Shown in pieces: positions 29,101 through 37,513 of a stretch of 64,000 bases of DNA (position 1 is its first letter; every line of letters begins with the position of its first letter). The position numbers were made by a program, and so were the translations under genes. The notes beneath the pieces are model-generated. The model saw only the letters and a program-made list of their open reading frames with translations, searched no databases and was not told the DNA's origin. This DNA comes from Corallococcus coralloides (GTDB lineage Bacteria; Myxococcota; Myxococcia; Myxococcales; Myxococcaceae), in NCBI RefSeq assembly GCF_004104415.1, contig NZ_CP034669.1; one strand, given 5' to 3'.

Positions 29101-30516
29101 ATGCGCATCGCCATCATCGCCACGTACACCCATCCGACCCGGCTGCGAATCAAGGAACCCTCCATCATGCAGTCCTCCGTGCCGGAGCTCATCGCGGGCC
29201 TGTGCCCGGAGCACGCGCAGGTGGAGATATTCAACGAGAAGGAGGCGGACCTGCCGTTGGACCGGCACTGGGACCTGGTCTTCTTCTCGTACCTGCACTC
29301 GTACTACGAGCACACCAAGGTCCTCTCCACCCTCTTCCGTCAGCGCGGCATGACGACGGTGGCGGGAGGCCGGCACGCGAGCCACTTCCCCGACGACGCG
29401 GCGAAGTACTTCGACGCGGTCATCACCGGGGAGCCGGAGTCCAACGTGCCCGCGCTCATCGCGGACTTCGAGAAGGGCGAGCTCAAGCCCCGCTACAGCC
29501 TGCCGTCACAGGGCGCCGCGGCCATCCGGCCGTACCGCTACGAGCTCATCGACTTCACGCACAACAAGGTGCGCCTGCCGGGCATCGAGGCGTCGCGCGG
29601 CTGCCCCTTCACGTGCAACTTCTGCGTGCTCACCGGCCACGAGCGCTACCGCTTCCGGCCCATCCCGGAGGTCATCGACGAAATCCAGACGCGCATGCGC
29701 TGGAACCCGAACTTCCTGGGGTTGATGGGGGACGCGTTCGTCTTCCTGGACAACAACCTGGGCGGCTCGCCCAAGTACCTGCGCGCGCTGTGCGAAGCGC
29801 TCATCCCCTTGAAGAAGACGTGGGGCTGCGCGCTCACCTTCAACGTCCTAAAGGATGAGTCGCTGGTGAAGCTGATGGCGAAGGCGGGCTGCCGCTACGT
29901 CTACACCGGCCTGGAGTCGCTCAACCCGGAATCGCTCAAGGCGATGAACAAGGGCCAGAACAAGCTGTCGGAGGTGGACGCCGTCATCCGCCGCGTCTTC
30001 TCCGCCGGCATCCTCTTGTCCTTCGGGCTCATCGTGGGCTCGGACGGCGACACCAACGAGTACCTGCACCGGCTGCCGGACTACCTGGCGGACCTGAAGT
30101 ACTTCTCCGTCACGTTCCTGGGAATCGTGTGCCCGTATCCGGAGACGCCCTTCTTCCGCGAGCTCAAGGCGGAGGACCGGCTTCTGCCCGGCACCACCAG
30201 CCGCGACTACGACGGCTACACGCTGTGCCACCGGCCCAAGCAGATGCACGCGTCGGAGGTGGTGGAGCACTTCCAGCGGCTGTGCCACACGCTGGGCAGC
30301 CTGCCCAACATCGCGCGGCACTACGCGTCCAAGCTGATGATGAGCGACCTGCCCCGCTACAAGCAGACCATCCTCTTCTCCGGGCCCGAAATCGTCAGCG
30401 TCCGCAACCCGGTGAAGAACCCGGAGCGCCGCTACATCGCGGGGCTGGATGCGATCGAGGCGTGGGACGCGGAGCGGATGCCCGCGCTGGGCCTCACGCC
30501 GCAGGTCCTGACCTGA
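29101..30516 (+). CDS. B12-binding radical SAM protein (class B)
   Basis: An N-terminal Rossmann-like B12 domain is present. The radical SAM cluster motif reads CPFTCNFC (CxxxCxxC). Confidence 0.8.
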   Translation: MRIAIIATYTHPTRLRIKEPSIMQSSVPELIAGLCPEHAQVEIFNEKEADLPLDRHWDLVFFSYLHSYYEHTKVLSTLFRQRGMTTVAGGRHASHFPDDAAKYFDAVITGEPESNVPALIADFEKGELKPRYSLPSQGAAAIRPYRYELIDFTHNKVRLPGIEASRGCPFTCNFCVLTGHERYRFRPIPEVIDEIQTRMRWNPNFLGLMGDAFVFLDNNLGGSPKYLRALCEALIPLKKTWGCALTFNVLKDESLVKLMAKAGCRYVYTGLESLNPESLKAMNKGQNKLSEVDAVIRRVFSAGILLSFGLIVGSDGDTNEYLHRLPDYLADLKYFSVTFLGIVCPYPETPFFRELKAEDRLLPGTTSRDYDGYTLCHRPKQMHASEVVEHFQRLCHTLGSLPNIARHYASKLMMSDLPRYKQTILFSGPEIVSVRNPVKNPERRYIAGLDAIEAWDAERMPALGLTPQVLT

Positions 30517-31324
30517 GCCGGGACGGCAGGCGCACGTCCCACGCCAGCCCCAGGGCCTGGAGCGCCCGGATGAAGAGCCAGCCCGGGTCCCACTGCCACC
30601 ACACCCAGCCGTGCCGCGCGGACGCGGGGAAGGCGTGGTGGTTGTTGTGCCAGCCCTCGCCCAGCGCGAGCACGCTCACCCACCACACGTTGCGGCTGTG
30701 GTCGCGCGTGTCGTGGTCGCGGTGGCCGAACGCCGCGTGGCACACGGAGTTCACCGCGTAGGTGCTCTGCATCCAGCACACCACGGGCAGGAAGAAGTAC
30801 GCGGGCACCGTGCGCCAGCCGAACGTCAGCCCCACGAAGAGCACCCCCAGCACCTGCGGCGCGATGCGGTAGCGCAAGAGCCAGTGGTAGTAGCCGTCAT
30901 CCGCCATGTCGCGGCACCAGGTGCGCCAGCCGTCCTCTTCCGTGGAGGCCTCGTTGAGGATCCACCCCATGTGCGCGTACCAGAAGCCGCGCAGCGGCGA
31001 GTGCACGTCCCCGTCCGCGTCCGCCTTCGCGTGGTGCAGCCGGTGGTTGGCGGCCCACAGGAGCGGGCTGCCCTGCGCCGTGAGCATGGCCACCGTCACC
31101 AGCGCGTACTCCACCCAGCGGGGGCACGCGAAGGCGCGGTGGCACAGCAGCCGGTGCAGCCCCACCGTCGTGCCCAGGCCAATGGAGACGTACACGGCCA
31201 GCGCCACCGGCAGCGCGTACGGCGGCCAGGGCAGGAAGAACGCCAGCGCGGCCAGCCCGTGGACCACGAGCATGTAGCTGACGATGACGGGACTGAGCTG
31301 GAAGCGGAGCGGCGCGGTGTTCAT
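30494..31324 (-). CDS. acyl-CoA (stearoyl-CoA-type) desaturase
   Basis: Its His boxes are HRLLCHRAF, HRLHHAKAD and HNNHHAF. The start was chosen at MNTAPLRFQ. Confidence 0.85.
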   Translation of the reverse strand: MNTAPLRFQLSPVIVSYMLVVHGLAALAFFLPWPPYALPVALAVYVSIGLGTTVGLHRLLCHRAFACPRWVEYALVTVAMLTAQGSPLLWAANHRLHHAKADADGDVHSPLRGFWYAHMGWILNEASTEEDGWRTWCRDMADDGYYHWLLRYRIAPQVLGVLFVGLTFGWRTVPAYFFLPVVCWMQSTYAVNSVCHAAFGHRDHDTRDHSRNVWWVSVLALGEGWHNNHHAFPASARHGWVWWQWDPGWLFIRALQALGLAWDVRLPSRLRSGPAA

Positions 31325-31394
31325 GGGCCCGGTGCGGAGTCGAGGAAGGAGCACGCAGTCTAGGGGCCCCGCCTGACGGGACAAGGAATGCGCG

Positions 31395-34300
31395 TCACAT
31401 CACGCGGGCGTCACGGACCTGGGAGGCCTGGGGCGGCACGAGCGCTTCGGCCGGCGGGGCCTGGAGCGGGGCCTGGAGCGTGGCCTGGAAGCGGTCCATG
31501 CGGCGCAGCTCCGCGCGGGCCTCCACCTCCGTGAAGATGGCGCGCGCCTTCGCGAGGAAGTCCTCGCGCCGGTGCGGCAGGGCCACCGCCGCGTCGAAGT
31601 AGGCCACGCCCGTCTCCCAGCGGTTGGGGCTCTTCTCCAGGACGGCGATGGCCTCCAGGAACACCGGCTCCGCGGCCTTGGGGCCCTTGCGCAGGGCCAG
31701 GGAGCGCGCCGTCACGCGCAGCGCCGGGCCCTTCAGGTACGGATAGAGCCGCGCGATGACGCGCGCCTTGATGCAGGACAGGCGGACAATCCTCAGCAGC
31801 TCCTTGCGCGGCACCACCGTGGCGCCCTCCTCCAGCGCGAAGAGGGCCGCCTCCGCCGCGTCCACCAGCCCCACCTGGAGGAACGGCACCAGCACCTGGT
31901 AGCTCCAGATGCTCTTGAAGCAGCGCACCGCGACGAGCGCGGCCTCCTCCACCTGGTGCTCGCGCACCGTGACGTTGGCCAGGTGGTTCAAGCTGGCGCA
32001 CTGGTTGGCCAGGTCCGCCACCTCCTCGCTGATGCGCAGCCCCTGCTCCAATTCCGCGCACAGCTCGCCCACGTCCCCTTCGCCCATGAGGTAGCGGCAC
32101 ATGGGCGCCCACGAGTGCGCCCAGCCCTGGTGCATCAGCGCGTTGAGCTCCACGCCAATGGTCCCCATCTGCTCGTAGAGCGCCACCGCGGTGCGGAAGC
32201 GCGAGTGGAGGAACTCGCCCGTGGCCTGCATCATCAGCGACGTCTGGCGCTCCCAGCGCTCGCCCACCTGGCGCAGCGTGGAGACGGCCTCCTCCTGGAA
32301 GGCCCGCGCGCGCTCCAGCTCGTTGGCGAAGAAGGCCTGGATGCCCAGGCGGCTGAGCGCGAGCCCCTCCGCCACCGGGTCCTTGGAGCGGCGCGCGTAC
32401 TCCAGCGCCTTCTCGCAGTGGTAGCGCGAGCGCTTGAGCAGCCCCGCGCCGAACAGGAGCGTGCCGTAGTAGCCGCGCGCCAGGCTCATGGCGTAGTCGC
32501 TGCGAGAGCGCTCCGCCATGTTGGTGGACACCAGCGTCGCCCAGGTGAGCTTGGTGATGTCCGCGAAGTAGTAGATGCGGATGAGCGAGTTGAGCGTGGA
32601 CAGCTGCTGCAGGTAGTTGCCCAGCCTCGCCGCCGGCAGCGGGCGCAGGATGAAGGGCAGCAGCGACGCGAGCCCTCGCAAGAGGAGGTTGGCCAGCGTG
32701 CGCAGGCCCAGCGCGGCCAGGCTCCCCGGGAGGCTGCGGCCCCGCAGCACCAGGGACTTCTCCAGGTGCTGCGTGGCGAGCGCGGACTCGCCCTTCTCCT
32801 GGTGCGCGCGGCCCAGGCCCAGGTGCAGCTCCGCCTGGCGCGGGGGCTCCTCCTCGTCCACCAGGCACTGCTCGAACATCAGGATGGCGTTGGCGTAGTG
32901 GCCCGCCTGGAGCAGCGTCTCCGCCAGCTCCTGCATCACCCGGCGCGTCTGGAGCAGCGTCACCTCCGGGTCCACCGGGACGACGGTGCCCAACAGCTCC
33001 AGGCCGCGGTTGTAGTGGTAGAGCGCGTCGTCGTTCGCGTACTGCGCCCGCGCGCTGCGGGCCGCCATCAGCGTGTACGCCAGCCCCTTGTCCTCCACGT
33101 TGCCCGCGAGGAAGTGGAACGCGAGCAGACCCGCGGAGCCCGCGAGGTTGTCGTTGGCGCGGGCCTCCAGGTAGCGCGCGAGCCGGCGGTGCAGGTCCTC
33201 ACGCGCCGACACCAGCAGCGTGTTGTAGGCCACGTCGCGGATGACGATGTGCTTGAAGAGGCAGGTGTACGGCTCCTCCGTCTCCAGCAGGATGAGGCCC
33301 AGGCGCTGGAGCGTGTCCATGGCCTCGCGCAGCACGCCGTGGCCCAGGGTGGGCACCAGCGCCGCCACCGCGTCCAGCGTGAAGATGCGCCCGATGACGG
33401 ACGCCACCTTCACCACCAGCTTCTCCGTCTCGCTGAGCAGGTCGATGCGCGACAGCACCACGTCCTGGATGGAGTCCGGCAGGATGAGGTCCTGCAGGCC
33501 GCGCTTCAACTCCATCCGTGTGGAGCCGGGCTCCGCCAGCCCCAGGTAGCCCTGCTCCGCCAGGCCCTCCACGATGGATTCGATGAAGAACGGGTTGCCC
33601 TGCACCTTCGCGAGCAGCCGGTCCTCCAGCGCGACGTCCGGCGGCGACAGGCGCAGGTGCACGCGCAACAGCGCGCGCGTATCCTCGTCGTCCAGGCTCG
33701 TCAGGTCCAGCGGGACGAACTCCGGCAGGTCGCGCATCCCCCGGAGCTGGTCGCCCGGGCGCATCGTCGCCAGCACCATGATGCGGTGCGAGCCCACGCG
33801 CACCGCCAGGTACTGGAGCAGGTCCAACGAGATGTAGTCCGCCCAGTGCAGGTCCTCGAAGAAGAGCAGCAGCGGCTGCGCGCGGCTGAGCTTCTCCAGC
33901 AGCTGGAAGACGAGCTGAAACACCTTCTGCTGCTTGCGCCGAGCGTCCATCCCCGCCGTGGCGGACGTCTCCTCCAGCGACATGCCGAGGATGCCCGCGA
34001 CCACGGGGATCCACTCCGGCCCCACGTCCTCCAGGCCCTCCAGCCCCTGCCGCAGGCGCGCGAGCTGCGCCTCGGTGTCGTCCGAGTCGTGCAGTCCGAA
34101 CGCCTGGAGCAGCACCTCCTTCCAGGGGAAGAAGGGGGTGAAGGCCTCGTAGGAGTAGCAGACGCCGTACAGCGCGCGGGCGCCGCCCTCCTCCGCGTCC
34201 TCCAGCACGCGCGCGCCCAGGCGCGACTTGCCGATGCCCGCCTCGCCGGACACCACGCACACGCGGCCCTGGCCCGCGAAGGACGCGGTGAGCGATTCGT

Positions 34301-35708
34301 GCAGCACGTTGAGCTCACGGCTGCGGCCGATGATGTCGCCCCGGCCCTTGATGAAGAGGCCGCGGCGCGTCTCTCCCAACAGCCGGTACACCGGCACCGA
34401 GCGCGAGACGCCCTTGAGCTTCGCGTCCTCCACGAACTCGGTGGCGAAGCCGCCCTGCTGGGAGCGTGCCTGGGTGTTGGCGCACAGGTGCACGCCGTCC
34501 TGGCGTCCGCCGTGCGTCATCAGGCGCGCGGCCATGTTCACGACCTCGCCCAGCGCGGAGTAGCCCTTGCGCGTGGGCGAGCCCATGTCCCCGCAGTAGG
34601 CGTGGCCGGTGGCGATGCCGATCTGCAGCTCATCCAGGAAGGGGAACTGCTCCCGGGCCTTGAGCAGCTTGCAGGCCAGCCGGCACGCCAGCACCTCCTT
34701 GTTCTGCTGGGCGGTGGGCGCGCCGAACAGGACGTAGAGCACGTTGCCCTTGTCCGTGAAGTCCGTCATCAGCAGCACGCCGCCGTGGTGGGCGGACGCG
34801 CGCTGGACGTATTCGTAGTAGGTGTTGAGGTCGCGGGTGAAGGCGTCCGGATCCGTGTCCGCCCGCGCGTGGGTGAAGCGCACGAAGAAGCAGGTGACGT
34901 CGCGGAAGTCGCCCGCGAACTCCTGGTGCGCGGTGGTGATCTTCGTGAAGAGCACCGGGTGCAGCAGCAGCGCGCACCGGCCCACCAGCTCCGCCCCGCC
35001 CGTGGGCGCGGGCAGCGGGCGCTTCACCGACTCCACCGGCGCGTCGAGCGCCAGCCGGTGGTTGCCGCCCTCGCGCGGCTCGCCCTTGCGCGCGGCTTCC
35101 GGCAGCGCCGCCCAGGCGCGCGGGCTCAAGACGACCTCCGACACCGTGGCCTGCTTCTCCGCGCCCACCGCCTGCGCCAGCGGCTCGCCCACGAGCGCCG
35201 GGTGCATCCACAGGCCGGTGCCGCCCATCACGATGCGGGTGGCCTCCCCAAAGCCGATGCCGATGCGCGACGACACGCCGAAGCGCTGGCCCAACAGCTC
35301 CAGCCGGGCGAAGCGCGCGAGCCTGCGCTGCACGTGCAGCGCGCACACCGCCGCTCGCTGCACGACGTCGGTGTCCGGCTCGGCGGGCGCGGCCTCGAAG
35401 CACGCGAGGATGGAGTCGCCGGCGAACTGGTAGATGTCCCCGCCGTGGTCGCGGACCACGTCGATCATCTCCGTGTAGTAGTTCGTCAGCAGGCGCTGGA
35501 GCGCGTCGATGCCGCGCGGGCCCGCGCCGCTCAGCCCCACCACGATGGGCGTGAAGCCCGCGATGTCCAGCAGCAGGATGGCGCCCCGCACCCCTTCCGC
35601 GCGGGGCAGCGCGTCCGCCTCCTGGTCCCCAAGCCGCGCGAGGATGGCCGCCGGCAGGTACGGCGCCAGCATCGCGACAGCGGGATCAATGGGCTGCGTG
35701 GAGGGCAT
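31395..35708 (-). CDS. tandem adenylate/guanylate cyclase domains plus AAA ATPase plus TPR repeats
   Basis: Two class-III cyclase-like segments (DIAGFT...FAGDSILA and FVRFTHA...) are followed by the P-loop GEAGIGKSRLG. The C-terminus is TPR-like. Confidence 0.85.
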   Translation of the reverse strand: MPSTQPIDPAVAMLAPYLPAAILARLGDQEADALPRAEGVRGAILLLDIAGFTPIVVGLSGAGPRGIDALQRLLTNYYTEMIDVVRDHGGDIYQFAGDSILACFEAAPAEPDTDVVQRAAVCALHVQRRLARFARLELLGQRFGVSSRIGIGFGEATRIVMGGTGLWMHPALVGEPLAQAVGAEKQATVSEVVLSPRAWAALPEAARKGEPREGGNHRLALDAPVESVKRPLPAPTGGAELVGRCALLLHPVLFTKITTAHQEFAGDFRDVTCFFVRFTHARADTDPDAFTRDLNTYYEYVQRASAHHGGVLLMTDFTDKGNVLYVLFGAPTAQQNKEVLACRLACKLLKAREQFPFLDELQIGIATGHAYCGDMGSPTRKGYSALGEVVNMAARLMTHGGRQDGVHLCANTQARSQQGGFATEFVEDAKLKGVSRSVPVYRLLGETRRGLFIKGRGDIIGRSRELNVLHESLTASFAGQGRVCVVSGEAGIGKSRLGARVLEDAEEGGARALYGVCYSYEAFTPFFPWKEVLLQAFGLHDSDDTEAQLARLRQGLEGLEDVGPEWIPVVAGILGMSLEETSATAGMDARRKQQKVFQLVFQLLEKLSRAQPLLLFFEDLHWADYISLDLLQYLAVRVGSHRIMVLATMRPGDQLRGMRDLPEFVPLDLTSLDDEDTRALLRVHLRLSPPDVALEDRLLAKVQGNPFFIESIVEGLAEQGYLGLAEPGSTRMELKRGLQDLILPDSIQDVVLSRIDLLSETEKLVVKVASVIGRIFTLDAVAALVPTLGHGVLREAMDTLQRLGLILLETEEPYTCLFKHIVIRDVAYNTLLVSAREDLHRRLARYLEARANDNLAGSAGLLAFHFLAGNVEDKGLAYTLMAARSARAQYANDDALYHYNRGLELLGTVVPVDPEVTLLQTRRVMQELAETLLQAGHYANAILMFEQCLVDEEEPPRQAELHLGLGRAHQEKGESALATQHLEKSLVLRGRSLPGSLAALGLRTLANLLLRGLASLLPFILRPLPAARLGNYLQQLSTLNSLIRIYYFADITKLTWATLVSTNMAERSRSDYAMSLARGYYGTLLFGAGLLKRSRYHCEKALEYARRSKDPVAEGLALSRLGIQAFFANELERARAFQEEAVSTLRQVGERWERQTSLMMQATGEFLHSRFRTAVALYEQMGTIGVELNALMHQGWAHSWAPMCRYLMGEGDVGELCAELEQGLRISEEVADLANQCASLNHLANVTVREHQVEEAALVAVRCFKSIWSYQVLVPFLQVGLVDAAEAALFALEEGATVVPRKELLRIVRLSCIKARVIARLYPYLKGPALRVTARSLALRKGPKAAEPVFLEAIAVLEKSPNRWETGVAYFDAAVALPHRREDFLAKARAIFTEVEARAELRRMDRFQATLQAPLQAPPAEALVPPQASQVRDARVM

Positions 35709-35726
35709 CCGTCAGGGGCTTTCCGC

Positions 35727-36128
35727 TCAGGACAGGTTGGCGAAGCGCAGGTACAGGGCGCCCAGGCACATGGCGCCGTAGAGGGGGATTTCCGCCGTCT
35801 CCGGCCAGGGCTGCTGCTTCTTCACCGCGCCCCAGACGTGCACCGCCGTCATCAGGCCCCCAATGAGGCCGATGAGCTCGAAGATGACCAGGTGGCTCTT
35901 GGGGTCCGGGATGAACTGCACCACCGCGATGATGACGGACAGCGCCAGGCCGCCCAGGCAACGCGCGAAGTAGACCGTCAAATCATTGTTGCCCGTGGGC
36001 AGCTCCCACCCGAACCAACGCGCCCAACGCAGCGGGATGAACAGCAACGGCAGTGCGTAGACCAGCAGGAAGACCGAGGTGGAGACCGCGAGGAACCAGC
36101 TGGCCAGCGGATAGTCGGGGTTGATCAT
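35727..36128 (-). CDS. small integral membrane protein (4 TM), function unknown
   Basis: Hydrophobic segments are present with GC3 bias. Confidence 0.55.
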   Translation of the reverse strand: MINPDYPLASWFLAVSTSVFLLVYALPLLFIPLRWARWFGWELPTGNNDLTVYFARCLGGLALSVIIAVVQFIPDPKSHLVIFELIGLIGGLMTAVHVWGAVKKQQPWPETAEIPLYGAMCLGALYLRFANLS

Positions 36129-36259
36129 GATGGCGGACGTGATGGGTGACGGACGTGCACCCGCGGCGCACCCCTCCCCACGCCGTCCATCCTAGAATCT
36201 TTTGCCACCCCGTGGGGCGGCTTCCCCCCGCCAAGGCCCTGCTTGAGCCCGCCTGCCGC

Positions 36260-36790
36260 CTAGCGGGTGGCGGCCAGGAGGAACTCGGCCACCCGCTCCA
36301 GGGAGGTGGTGCGCTCGGCCTCCGCCGGGAAGCGCCGGAACACCTCCGGTGGCCCGTGCAGGATGAGCGGCTTGCCATAGCGCAAGGCCAGGACGGCCTC
36401 CGCCGCGGTGCCGGCGCCCCCGGGCAGCGCGACCAGCGCGTGCGGCGTCAGCACGTTGATGTGGTTGCGGCTCATGGGGTCCGTGCCCTGCTCCCCGCTG
36501 AGCGGCAGGTGCGTGTAGATGGGGATTTCGATGTCCGTGTTCGGGTAGCCGGGCCGGGGCTGGTAACGGCCATCCGCGCCCACGGTGCCGGGGATGATGC
36601 CGATGGCCGCCCCCCGCCGCCCCTCCACCTGGACGAAGGCCCCCGCCGCCGCGCTCATGACGCCGCCGCCCGCGCCGGTGAGCAGGTCGAACCCGGCCTC
36701 CGCGATCCACCGCGCCAGGGGGACGACCCACTCTTCGTGGGAGTGCGCCCCGGAGCCGAACACTCCGATGATGCGGCGGTATCTGCGCAT
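36260..36790 (-). CDS. LOG / TIGR00725-family Rossmann-fold nucleotide-binding protein
   Basis: An N-terminal VFGSG motif is present. A PGGxGT motif reads LPGGAGTAAEA. Confidence 0.65.
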   Translation of the reverse strand: MRRYRRIIGVFGSGAHSHEEWVVPLARWIAEAGFDLLTGAGGGVMSAAAGAFVQVEGRRGAAIGIIPGTVGADGRYQPRPGYPNTDIEIPIYTHLPLSGEQGTDPMSRNHINVLTPHALVALPGGAGTAAEAVLALRYGKPLILHGPPEVFRRFPAEAERTTSLERVAEFLLAATR

Positions 36791-37032
36791 GACTGCGTCC
36801 TCCCCGAAAAACTGGAACTACGTGAGCCCCTGTTCCATGCGAATCCCCGGCCAACGCCGCAAGGGCTCACGGACCGGCGTGCGTCCTGCTACCCGTCCAC
36901 CCGTGGAAGGTGCGCGGCGCGAGCGTCGGCCAGCCGTCGCTTCCCTCCGCCCGGAGCGCCAGACGCTCCCGCACCCCCCGTGATGTCGGACCCCTCCGCT
37001 ACCTTCCTCGCAGGTGAGCAAGGAGGCTGCCC

Positions 37033-37338
37033 ATGTTCGACGCCTGTGGAGGTTGTGAGCGCCGTGGCACCGCCGGAGAGGTGTTCGACTGGTGCGCGCA
37101 CTGCGAATTGTCCCTGTGCCCCGGCTGCCTCCAGCGCGGCTGCTGCGGCAGCGTGCCCGCGGACTCCGGGCGGGGCGCCCCCCGGGAGCTGCCCGACCCA
37201 CCACCTCCCGAGCGCGAAGTCCTGCCGGAGGACTTCGGGGGGCGCTGCTGCACGCACGCCCGCGCGGTGGCGTGCTCCTGCGCCTTCCACTGGGTCTGCA
37301 CGCGCCACGGCGACCTGCACGTGGGCACGCACGACTGA
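37033..37338 (+). CDS. small Cys-rich protein (101 aa, 12 Cys; putative zinc-ribbon/B-box-like)
   Basis: A strong Shine-Dalgarno (aaggagg) sits about 8 nt upstream of the ATG. GC3 bias is high. The CxxC pairs are CGGC, CAHC and CPGC. Confidence 0.55.
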   Translation: MFDACGGCERRGTAGEVFDWCAHCELSLCPGCLQRGCCGSVPADSGRGAPRELPDPPPPEREVLPEDFGGRCCTHARAVACSCAFHWVCTRHGDLHVGTHD

Positions 37339-37513
37339 GCGCGGCGACACACGGGCGGCCCGTCCCCGGCGGTGCACATCGTCCACGAGGACGCGCCGGG
37401 CTACGGCCGGTGCCGGGCCTTCCTGCTGAAGAAGCGGTGAGGCCGCGCGGCTTCACGGACCGGAGGGACGCTTTGTCAGCGGTGTCCTCCGGCCCCGGTT
37501 CATTCCGTCCGGT

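Noticed and set aside
31572-36149. 1525-aa + ORF antisense to the cyclase-ATPase-TPR gene
   Set aside because: It is a shadow ORF. The minus frame has cyclase and P-loop motifs.
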